Assembly: GCA_030141605.1 (NCBI GenBank)
Contig: JAQGDQ010000027.1
Location: forward strand, 682,001-746,000
From: Tubiluchus corallicola
Lineage: Eukaryota; Animalia; Priapulida
Reading direction: 5' to 3'
Length of the DNA: 64,000 nt
In this document: in pieces, positions 15,001 to 39,314 of the stretch
How positions within the stretch are numbered: the stretch's first letter is position 1
Layout of the letters: each line of letters begins with the position of its first letter
The notes under the pieces: generated by a model
Databases searched by the model: none
Seen by the model: only the letters and a program-made list of their open reading frames with translations
What the model was told of the DNA's origin: nothing
Made by a program: the position numbers and the translations under genes

Positions 15001-17159
15001 ATGTTTAAAACAAGTTGTTTGCAGATTTACTTTATGAAATGCAACAAATCATTTTATGTATATGATAATATAAATGCTCGACATTTGTGTACGGCATTCA
15101 CTCAGAAATGCACTGGATACTATTTATGTACAATAGGGGGTTCCCTAGAAGAGAGCTATATTGTTAACACGGCTGTGCAAAGGCAACACTACAAACGCAG
15201 TAAGTTTAGCTTGCCAGATGGTCTGAATGCTGCCTCAACGAAATGCTAGTAGTTTTTATCTTTTGTCACCCGAAATGTTTTAAATTTCAATCTCCATACC
15301 CTTAAGTACCCACACAACTAGATTTCTGAACACGAACTCACTCTGTTTATAAGGTGACTGTAATGAAGTTGCACCTTAGAATCAAAATTTGCCAATGTTT
15401 CCTATGTCTTGTGCTCAAAATAAACCTGTGTTTTTGTACGAGTGATATAATTGTATTCTTTATCAGCAAGTGTAAGTTCAGACTATTCCATTGTTTGTAA
15501 CGTACTATTAGTTATCAGCCTTTCTACACCCATCATATTATTGGCCTCTTAATTTCTTATTCATCTGTTAGGTTGTAAAAGACTACCTCCCGGTTGCATT
15601 ATGTTAACCAAAACTTCATGTACCGCTGGGAGACCAAAAAACTGTTTTGTGTGCATCTTGTCCAAGTATTTGCTTTGCTGCTATTCGAAGCAATACACAA
15701 TGTCATATACGATGTTCATTAGGAACTTGTCTCAGTAAAACTGTTATGTTAACCATCTAGAAAATATTTTTAAATATTTAATAACCTCAGTTGATGGTAC
15801 AAATCTGCTGTTATTTTCCTATTTCTAAAATTAAATGAATTAAGCGAATGAAAAGGTAAACAGATTGTGAAAGTGCTTGAACTTAAACCAAATTTTTTGC
15901 TTGGATCTTTGCGATTCAATATGGAGTGTAGAAATCAGATGTCTTTTTTAAAAATATCATAAAAGATTTTTTATTGTGAGCGTGAATCCCACAGGATTGT
16001 ACGATGGACGGAATACCTATGTGGTGTTCCAAAAGTTCCTCATTATTTTTTCAAATTTGTTAAAAGTTAATAGCAATTGCAACGGGAACCAAATGACTGA
16101 TCTGACTGCTGAGTCTGCAATTCGTGAAGTTTTTAGTGGCATCAAACTTGGCTCCATAACAGCATCTTACTTTACCCCTTTATATCGCGCTCTGTAGTAG
16201 AAAAAATGGCGCTGAACGTCAAATGTAGACTCAAAAATATACTTAACTACTGAGTAAGATTTTACTACCAGATAAGTTTCATTGGTCGGTTGGCTGCAAA
16301 GAAAAATTAAACGTGAGGTAACGTTTTGAAACACCCTGTATCGAATTATAAACATTTTTTGTTCTACTTTTCCTATTTATATGTTTGAAAAAAAATGTTT
16401 AGGGGAAGACGATGAAGGTGAGTCAGGACAAGGTAATCTAAAAAGAAATGTGTCTACTGAAAGCAAAGATAATAACGATGAGGTATTATATCATTACGTA
16501 ACATTTCATGATATCATTTAATAATTATAAATACAAATAAAATAAATGAAACCTCAAGTAATATTAACACGACAGCAGATATTCTACTAAAAATGTCTAA
16601 ATTTTATTGCGAATTTTTGATGCTTGACTATATTATCTATATCTTGAATATATTCATGTGTTCATTTTATACTGGCTAACAATTGCCAAATGGAAGCTAT
16701 TAAAAGCGCACTTAACCGCTTGAATAATGAAAATGTATGAATATGATAATCTCATTAAGTGGTATTTATAAATACTTATGTACGTTTATGATATACCGAA
16801 AATACTGCATTCTGAGTTAAATAACTTATTACATTATAGTAGAAGCATTTAGTAAGCAGTGATGGATCTAATATTTCACTTATTTTGACACTTTAGTATG
16901 AGATTACCGAGTTTGATCCAGGAACATTCCAGATATTGCTTGATTACCTGCATACTGGTACTTGTACATTGACATGTAGTATCATTCCGGGATTACTATG
17001 TGCGGCCGAGTTCTACGATTTGCCTGACTTACTGCAAGCTTGTTTCCACCACGCCAAGCAATACATTCATCTTGGAGTTGTAAGTTTACGTGTTTTTATC
17101 TCAAATATTAATCGTTTCTTAATTGCCACTAATGGAAATAACAACGATGATGATGATGG

Positions 17160-17203
<44 letters not shown>

Positions 17204-17247
17204 GTGCTGATGAAGATGATAATGATGATGATGATGATGATGATGAA

Positions 17248-17316
<69 letters not shown>

Positions 17317-17324
17317 GATGATGG

Positions 17325-17415
<91 letters not shown>

Positions 17416-19920
17416 AATGATAATGATAATGATAATGATAATGATAATGATAATGATATTGATGAGGATGATAATAATAATAATAATAACCGTTACTATT
17501 AATAAATGTGAATTATATTTGCAGGTTGCTCAAATGCTGAACGATTTAGAAAGTTGTTACTGGCGCTACAACTCGGCGATGGAGTTGGTCAACATGATTG
17601 TGATGTATATTAACAACAACGCTTCCGACTTCCTTACCCAGCATCATTACATGTGTCTGTGTGAACCATTCTTTACCATCATCATATGTCGCGAGCTGAA
17701 ATGTGTGGCTGAGATTGATAAGTTCCACACTATGCTAGCTTGGGCAAAGTACTTCATCAGGAGACAGAGGCAAGCAAAAGGACGTGGTAAGAAAAAAGGC
17801 ATATTGCATTAAATATATAGTATAAAAAAATTGTATTAAAAAAATGTACAAATCGCCTCGATCAAGGCCAATAGTTACTCAAGATAAAGAACTACTGTTA
17901 GAAAGTGAAAATGCGAATACCCGTGTTAAGAAAGATGGAATATATTGTAAATTGCTAATTTCTTAGCTATAGGATGTAACTGTTGAGATTTGTTAGAAGC
18001 AAAAGCAAAAGCAAACATGATTTCTGATAAAGAATTTCACTGATAAAAAGAGTGAGGAAAAACTCAATTTATAAGCAGCTATTTAACATGAGATAATTTT
18101 AAGTCCAGTTTCGTGAGCATTATATTGGCCAGGTTTGATTTGGGAAGTTTCGGTATGAGCTTTTTCACAGTTAGTACCGGGGACAATTAGTACAATAGGC
18201 ACTAACACGTGCCAACAGATTGTAACAGGTACTATAGCATACAGAAACCCTTCTCGAACTGATAAGAAAACAGGAAATTCAAACAAAAACGTATTTTCAT
18301 TTATCGCCGTCACAGTTATTGGAGTAACAGCCAAAGTGATCGACTGGACCAATCTCCATACATGTGCGTAGCATGACAGTTACCTACCAGCAAACTGGGG
18401 AAGTTTGGAATCCTTATAACCCACAAGACAATGACGGTTGCAATTTTGTGTCCAATACTTTGGAAGTGACTAGATAACCAATGTCTAAGAAACAGACAAT
18501 GTCTACAAGATCAGGACACTAGACTTTGACGACCTATTTGCTCTTGATAAGCATTTACTAGGCCACATTTGCTAGACGCTTATTGACGCTCTAGCATACG
18601 AATTATATTATATTCTATTATTGCTATTTGAATTTTATTCCTCTGGATCTTTCTTCTTCCATATTTTCGCCTCTTACCGTTGCTCCTTAACAGTGTTGCC
18701 ATCCGATAATTGTCGTAACACATGGTAATATGAGGCTTCATGCCGTACAAAAAAGAGACTAGACGATAATCGGTAGTTATGCGATAATTTAGATAAGAAA
18801 CAAAAAGTGTGAAAAAATTGTGCAGTAAAAACATTTTGAACATTACTGCTAACTAGTGGGGAGTAATTACACTTTAATAAGATTGTAGTCAGAAGCGTGC
18901 TAATTATAGTTTCCTGAAAAAAAACGGCAATTTCAAAAAAGGAATGCTCAAGATTACAATAAAACACATGTATAGTACTGCCGCAAATTGTTTAATTGAT
19001 TAGCAAAAAAGTACAGTAAAATTAGAGTTTTCTTTTTGTGACCAAAATCAAAATTTCCTTTGCATTACCACTGTTTCTACCCTCTAGGTTCCAGTATCAA
19101 CCAAGATTCAACAATGCTGACCATCGAATACCACTTGCTGAATTAATAATGACAAAATTCCAGGCCCACGCGCAAAAATTAACAGTCGGTATGCTGTGAC
19201 AAGCGCGAGACGCTATTGGCTGTTGGGTCTGCTGCAATAATTTGCTACAACATAGAATAATTTTCAGCTTTGGACAATTTGACGAAAAACCCAATTTTTA
19301 ACCTCGTTGGCGATCCTGTACCTTATTAACATTGAAGAAGCAAATATTAGTGTATCACAAAACATCAATTCAGTCGTTTTATTGAAGCTCGTTGATCACA
19401 GACGCATTGATAATAAACTCGGAGAGATTATAATAAATGTGTTTATGGTTAATGAGCTTGTAATAAACTTATATACAGTTGTTTTTTTAAGTGCAAAAAG
19501 TGCCCTCTCGCGTCTTTGTGCAAAAAACTGAAGATTCCAAAGCCTAATTTTGGAATATCAGTTATATCACTCTTCATAATAACGATATGTTTAGAATGGT
19601 TCGAAAAATTTTAACGTTTTGTAAGTGTAGGTCCGATGCATATAAACTGCAAACTACTAAGTCTACGATTGCTATTAATCTGCCATACGTGATTTTCTTA
19701 TTCAGTTACAGACGACTTGCGAAGTGTAATGGACAGGCTTAGTCAAGATCTGAAGTTGCACAAGATTTCACCAAACGATTTGATCAAGATAGTGCAGCCC
19801 AGTCAGACGATCGCCAACGATCGAATCATAGCAGCTCTCACATATCACGCGAATGCAGACAGGAGGAGGAGTTCGGGGGAGAAGGTTAGACCTAGTCTGA
19901 GCAGCGATGATTCACTTTAA
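3173..19920 (+). CDS. Multi-exon gene for a LIM + Rap-GAP + BTB/POZ + BACK-like protein (~930 aa; possible radish-like RapGAP)
   Basis: Exons 3173-3347, 4111-4576, 5351-5531, 7409-7553, 8636-8775, 9243-9404, 9556-9627, 10398-10570, 11153-11304, 12358-12500, 14522-14702, 15137-15199, 16403-16482, 16897-17079, 17525-17786, 19706-19920. All introns are GT-AG and phases are consistent (2793 nt = 930 aa + TAA). LIM: CGEC..HVEC.KCSSC..CEQH. Rap-GAP: [68 protein letters not shown]: [37 protein letters not shown]. An in-frame TGA lies upstream of the ATG. Exons 12-13 are less certain. Confidence 0.9.
3574..3685. repeat. ~22-bp minisatellite (TTGAAGCCAAC...CATTGCA)
   Basis: About 5 degenerate tandem copies; related units recur near 3975-4030. 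Confidence 0.7.
4111..4576 (+). CDS. Gene 1 exon 2 (end of LIM, RapGAP N-terminal region)
   Basis: [45 protein letters not shown]; ttttag acceptor, AG|GTAA donor. Confidence 0.9.
5351..5531 (+). CDS. Gene 1 exon 3
   Basis: [24 protein letters not shown]; ttacag acceptor, CAG|GTAAGG donor. Confidence 0.9.
7409..7553 (+). CDS. Gene 1 exon 4 (Rap-GAP)
   Basis: [49 protein letters not shown]. Confidence 0.93.
8636..8775 (+). CDS. Gene 1 exon 5 (Rap-GAP)
   Basis: [46 protein letters not shown]. Confidence 0.95.
9243..9404 (+). CDS. Gene 1 exon 6 (Rap-GAP catalytic Asn thumb)
   Basis: [41 protein letters not shown]. Confidence 0.95.
9556..9627 (+). CDS. Gene 1 exon 7 (Rap-GAP)
   Basis: [24 protein letters not shown]; AAG|GTAAG donor. 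Confidence 0.9.
9713..9960 (+). mobile_element. tRNA-derived SINE
   Basis: A-box GGCGTAGCTCAGTGGTAG, B-box-like GGATTCAACT, no acceptor stem; 3' end approximate. Confidence 0.6.
10398..10570 (+). CDS. Gene 1 exon 8 (Rap-GAP C-terminal)
   Basis: [40 protein letters not shown]. Confidence 0.93.
11153..11304 (+). CDS. Gene 1 exon 9 (linker + BTB start)
   Basis: [52 protein letters not shown]. Confidence 0.9.
12036..12236. repeat. (GACT)n/(GACG)n microsatellite
   Basis: Direct inspection. Confidence 0.95.
12358..12500 (+). CDS. Gene 1 exon 10 (BTB)
   Basis: [27 protein letters not shown]; CAG|GTAAT donor. Confidence 0.9.
13860..13950 (-). mobile_element. tRNA-derived SINE head
   Basis: Minus strand GGTGGCCGAGTTGTCTAG..GCGTTCGACTC; related copy at 43345-43447. 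Confidence 0.6.
14522..14702 (+). CDS. Gene 1 exon 11 (BTB insert)
   Basis: [40 protein letters not shown]..; pyrimidine tract + tag acceptor, T|GTAAGT donor. Confidence 0.8.
15137..15199 (+). CDS. Gene 1 exon 12 (63-nt symmetric, possibly cassette)
   Basis: [21 protein letters not shown]; caatag acceptor, A|GTAAGT donor, phase 1-1. Confidence 0.55.
16018..16340. mobile_element. Tc1/mariner-type MITE
   Basis: Imperfect ~25-bp TIRs (TA-TGTGGTGTTCCAAAAGTTCCTCA vs rc TA-CAGGGTGTTTCAAAACGTTACCTCA), TA at both ends. Confidence 0.65.
16403..16482 (+). CDS. Gene 1 exon 13 (acidic BTB insert)
   Basis: [26 protein letters not shown]; supplies the phase 1 to 0 change required before exon 14. Confidence 0.6.
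16897..17079 (+). CDS. Gene 1 exon 14 (BTB C-half)
   Basis: [49 protein letters not shown]. Confidence 0.93.
17146..17490. repeat. Intronic (GAT)n/(GATAAT)n microsatellite
   Basis: Direct inspection; lies between donor 17080 and acceptor 17524. Confidence 0.95.
17525..17786 (+). CDS. Gene 1 exon 15 (BACK-like)
   Basis: [43 protein letters not shown]. Confidence 0.9.
19706..19920 (+). CDS. Gene 1 exon 16 (terminal)
   Basis: [38 protein letters not shown]; a second in-frame acceptor lies 6 nt downstream (exon start 19712). Confidence 0.88.
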
Positions 19921-20304
19921 CACTCTCTCCCAAGCAAAACTTTTTTCCAGAATAATGAGATCGTCTTTCTAAAGTTCACATTGTTTCACAACCCATTTCC
20001 CATTGTTTTTGCAGCTCGAAAATTGTGTTCACGTCGAATGAAGACCGTAACCGTAATCCTACTTACATAGTTAAAAAGACAGAGACCTGACCGAGACTGG
20101 ACTAAAACCGTCATTGCTTCAGACTTGCCTTTATTTTAACAGCTACATTATTTGGCTTTCGTGGCCTATTGTAACTAAAATTGCCAGGGATGCGAATATT
20201 TATCGATATATCCACCTGTGGTTGACTGTCTGACGGTTGTAAGTTTTATTTTGTGTATCAAGTAAAACTGGCAATGTATTTAATCACAAAAACTTTGTGC
20301 GATT

Positions 20305-20310
20305 AATAAA
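20305..20310 (+). terminator. Putative poly(A) signal of gene 1
   Basis: AATAAA about 385 nt after the stop, followed by a GT-rich tract. Confidence 0.45.
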
Positions 20311-21584
20311 AACGTGGTTTTGGTTTAACCAACTACAAACACTTTAACTTTTATTTTAATATCGGTAGAAAGTAGGAACCAACTGTACTTTGTAGAAGTT
20401 CAGAGGATATATATTTACAATTAGAGGCATCTCTAGCTCTAGATGTGGATTTATCCATGGATACAAACGTAAAATCTGTGGATTATGGATATGTATGAAA
20501 ATCCGATATAAAATTTAATTTCATTGGCAAACCTGAAATTTATAACTATCATTGTAGACTATAAATATTGTGCATTATTCCTGCATTGTTTGTTCTTATA
20601 TAATTGAATTTTTTATTATTTAACGAATTCCATCAATTAATCAGTCACAATGAATCCGACTTAAAATATTGTTTTCTGTAATTATAAGAAACAGGAAAAT
20701 TGTGTAGGCCTGTATATTAAGAGATGTATGTCTAATTGTTTATTAAGCTAACACAAACTTTATTATGAAGTACGCCCCCTCTCCCCGGCTGTGTCATGAA
20801 GCAGTAGCCACCTGATGGTTCCACAGTATATACTAAACTTTTTATTTACATTGCGATACATTTACTGAAGTCTTATTATTAACAAATTTTCAGTGACGTT
20901 ATTTTCGTGTATTTTTACTAAATAAATTTTTAAATTAATTTTTAATGAAAAACTACTTTATGCACACACAAGGCAAAACCGAAATTTCGTTTCATAGGAA
21001 TTTATACAATTTAGAAGCGCATGCGCCTGAGCCAAATAAGTTTATTGTCAAAAATTATATAATAAAAAAAATATTTGTAAACGTACAACTCCCAAAGATA
21101 CGAGTCGTGCTAAGCGTGTAAGTTTAACAAATATCTCTATTGTGTATATAGGCTACAGTATTATATTTTTGTGCATATATTTTTGCGAAATTTATCATGT
21201 GCGTTTGTTATGTAAAGTTTATTACACACCAATCTTTATGATGTGAAAAATTACGCATTTGTTATTTACTGTTTACCACGCATGACTCTGATGTTTTACG
21301 TGGATTATTTAGGAAGATAGCGGTTTTAAAATTAAGCAGTTAAACTAAAACTATCAATCATCGAATATTTATAGCGAAGACACGAACCGAGTTTCCTTAT
21401 CAGAGTTTTAAAATATAATTCCTTCTACTTAATGTTGTATTAAATTAATTTGTGTATTTTTAAATTTGAAAAAATGTAATGAATTTTTATTTGAGAAAAC
21501 TTTAGCTAAACTATTTCATTCTCAGTCTCATTTATACCGACATTTATTTTAACATTATCTTATATGTCATTACATTTCATTCAG

Positions 21585-21712
21585 TTAATTAATAAAAAAA
21601 ACATTGTAACTTTCTTTAAAAACCGTTTTTCTTTTTTGCTATTTTATTTTAATTAATTAATAAAAAGGCATCGTAACTTTCTTAAAAAACCGTTTTTCGT
21701 TTTTGCTATGTT
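21585..21712. repeat. ~65-bp tandem duplication
   Basis: TTAATTAATAAAAA..GTAACTTTCTT(T/A)AAAAACCGTTTTTC..TTTTGCTAT occurs twice. Confidence 0.8.
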
Positions 21713-22664
21713 ACTTACAAATGTGACTCAATTTTTCATTTCTGAGAATGCGCATAAAGGAAACAATAAACGAAACTTTATGCAACGATCGCAAATCGTT
21801 GATCTCAATTTTGTTTTCTATGCATCGTCTGAGTTTTGGACTAATTATCACGATTAACATAAATATTTGTCTAAAACAGCACGTGTAAGTGTTTATCTAA
21901 ATCATTTTACTTGCCCACAAACAACAGCGGCGGAGCGTTATCGCTACTATTGTTATTTACCACTCCTATTCGACCGGAGCCATTCAGACTGATCTAGCTT
22001 CCGCGCAGAGTTTTACAACAAATCTGTCTTCTAAAAATGGTGAAACGCTCTAGATATCACAATGATTAAATAAACTGATCAATCCTAGTATTGTAATCAA
22101 TCGATTTTGAGCAAATTTGTCGAGTTTTAAGCGCTAAAAGTAGGTAAATGAAGGAACAGAAGTAGACTTGACGCTGGGAACAGTAGAACGGCCCAAGCCA
22201 AGTCAGGTTTGATAAGTCGGAAATATGTGCTCCATTCACCAGGTGCTTAGTAACGAGATTTTTGTACCTTTGGTTGCTATAGCCCTGCTTAGCATGAAAA
22301 TAAACCTTCCAATCGTATTCTCAACAGCACACTGAACTTGGTTTGCCTTGTTGACTTTCTAATATCTACTGCGCATTTGTGTAATTCAGGATAACGTTAG
22401 CATCTTAAGATGTAATACTGAAGAATGATGAAATTTTTGTGTTTATTGGATGTCATTTATAAAAACTTAAGTCAGCAGATCTATATGATCAGATTCTTCA
22501 TAATGTAATGATGGGCGAGATTTCAGCAGTTTACTGTAGTGAATTTATTAATAATGTAACAGATGTTTTATGACTAATTACCGCAGATTAAAATATTTAT
22601 TGCTATCACGATGAAAAAATTACTATAAGAAAGCTTGTTATTAATAATTAAAGTTTTACAAAGC

Positions 22665-36853
<14,189 letters not shown>

Positions 36854-38010
36854 CAAACCAGCGGCAAAGTTCCAGAAAGTCCCTCTCAGTAACATATAAA
36901 GAGATAATAAATCACTTTCAATTTGTAAAAAATACTGTGTATATATTATTATAACATTAAAGATTGCGCCATACTGGAGTTGTGGTACATGTGGTAAACA
37001 ATTTTAATTGTTTCCCACAAATTTAAAACTAAACATAAACAATTTAAAATTGATAACTATAATACTACTTAGCCAACTAATGCAGCAATTACTTTTTTCC
37101 AGCCACGCATTTCAAAAGCACCATAAAATTACTTTGATTATAGTTTACTGTAACCATAGCAAATGCATCAACTTCTTCGGCCTCTTTATTTGCTTCCTAC
37201 CTCACTAACTCGCTTAATCTTTCCAACTCTCCTCCTTTCTCCCACTCTTTCTCTTTTCGCACGTCAGTAGGTTCTCACAAGGCAGTAGCAACATCGATGC
37301 ATATAACGCAGTTGTTATTGTTGTATTTTAAATGATTGTATTGCGAATGTGTCAACTAAATTGAAAGCTATCTGATTTGGATGAAAGATGAAAGAGCGTT
37401 TTAAACAAAACTGAGTAAGTCAAGAATAACCAGATTTTTTTGTGTTTTCCGTCCAATTATAAAAAAATCTGGTTATAATGCAAAAATAAGTTATGACCAG
37501 ATTATGTGCCATACGATTATGAAAATGTGGATATAACGTAAAATATGATATAACCAGATTTTTTGTAGTCGGATATCATAGCCCTAACACGTTTTCGCAG
37601 TTTTGAGCTTCGTTCCTGGTTAATTTTATTTAATATCCGCGAAGCTACAGCAGCCCAGTGAAATTAATACTCAGACGACGAATGACTAACGTGGGAAGCG
37701 CTCACTGGAAGCTAGAGAGTAACAACTTTTTCCGAAATTAAAATGGATTCCAGATGATTTACGACAAGCAGGATTTGCGTCACGGGATGAATTTTTTGTT
37801 GTTGTTGCTCGACTGGCACTTAAAGGAGCACGGATTAACTGTCTATTGTAACAGCTTAACAGTTTACTGCCTGCAAAAAGCTGGTGTCGGAATGAACGGG
37901 AAAAAGAATGTTGACTGTACAGCAACAGACGAAACATCAACATCCATTATGCAACAATTTTTTGTTGTTATTATGTCATTATATGTAATTCCTTAATGAA
38001 AAGCCCTCAC

Positions 38011-38258
38011 TAAAGAAAAAAGAAAAACACGACATTTTAATCCGCCACTATAGGTTACTTTCAGGTGAAAATAAAAAAAACAGAAAAGTTCAGATAATTA
38101 CTGATACTATTTCTAGATTTTACATTTTTAACACAAAATCTAACAAAATTGTGTTTAGTAATTCATTGTGCATTTTTCTTTTTTCACCTGAAGATAATCT
38201 GCAGTGGTGAATTGAAACGTAGCGTTTTTTATTTTTTTTCATTTTGAATTTTTCTTTA
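38011..38258. mobile_element. Inverted repeat with two degenerate hammerhead cores (Penelope-like pLTR palindrome)
   Basis: Arms 38023-38071 and 38181-38229 are reverse complements; CTGAAGA..GAAACG in the right arm. Confidence 0.6.
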
Positions 38259-38358
38259 ATATTATTATTCATGTCACTAAGGATTATCTTCATGTTAATA
38301 TGTATTCCGTGTTATAATTTTACAATTTTACAATACCCTGGATCGTAAATAGTTAGTA

Positions 38359-38441
38359 AGTGAGTGAGTGACTGAGTGAGTGAGTGAGTGAGTGAGTGAG
38401 TGAATGAGTGAGTAAGTAAGTATATACGTATGTATGTATGT
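38359..38441. repeat. (GAGT)n/(GTAA)n/(GTAT)n microsatellite
   Basis: Direct inspection. Confidence 0.85.
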
Positions 38442-39086
38442 AATTAAGTAAGTTGCGACATGCGCGTTGCTCGCTTAATGCGTTTTTTGCTAAATAATCG
38501 CACGGTAACGATTACAAATACAATTATTTATTATTTAATAAAAAACAGACTTGAACAGATGATACATTGTCAGACTGAAAGTAAAAAAATCTGAAGTTCA
38601 GCCCAAGACCAATAGTGGCCATTAATCTGTAGTGTTAAGTAAGTAAGTATGTATATATGTGGTACATGTTCTATCTCAAATACGCAGTAATGTTTGGGTA
38701 GTGAAAAGTCAGAACGTGAAACATCAAAAACGTTGCAGCTGCATTTTTGGTAAGATAGCCGAACTTTTCATGTCTGGCTTCCTAACCCAGCTCTGCCCAA
38801 AACTTGTTGCTTATTACATTTCTGCATGTTCTGTAGTTCGAATAGTGTAGTTAGAACTGGTGCTAACTACCAATTCCAACTGCACTAATCTAGAATAATA
38901 ATTCGAACTACAGAACATGCAGAAATATAATAAGCAACAAGTTTTGCGCAGAGCTAGGTTAGGAAGCCAGACATGGAAAGTTCGGCTGCTAATCAATAGA
39001 GCCGAATTTATGTAAATGCACGCTTGACGTGTTACAGTTCTAACTTGGCCCACCCGTCGTCAAGACTATGTCAACTACACGAATAC

Positions 39087-39154
<68 letters not shown>

Positions 39155-39167
39155 CAAGCAAGTAAGC

Positions 39168-39237
<70 letters not shown>

Positions 39238-39258
39238 TAAGCAAGTAAGCAAGTAAGC

Positions 39259-39313
<55 letters not shown>
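39087..39313. repeat. (GTAA)n-(GCAA)n-(GTAA)n microsatellite
   Basis: Direct inspection; may be the tail of a minus-strand LINE remnant at about 39315-39760. Confidence 0.95.

Positions 39314-39314
<1 letters not shown>

Noticed and set aside
17080-17524. Poly-Asp and poly-Met ORFs (16936-17502, 17123-17812)
   Set aside because: Read-through from real exons into an intronic (GAT)n microsatellite bounded by canonical splice sites
18083-18480. Minus-strand ORF / reverse-transcriptase remnant
   Set aside because: Only vague RT-like peptides; too degenerate to call
19088-19190. Extra exon of gene 1 (ctctag acceptor, G|GTATG donor)
   Set aside because: The phase-compatible frame stops after about 19 codons, and the open frame is incompatible with exon 15
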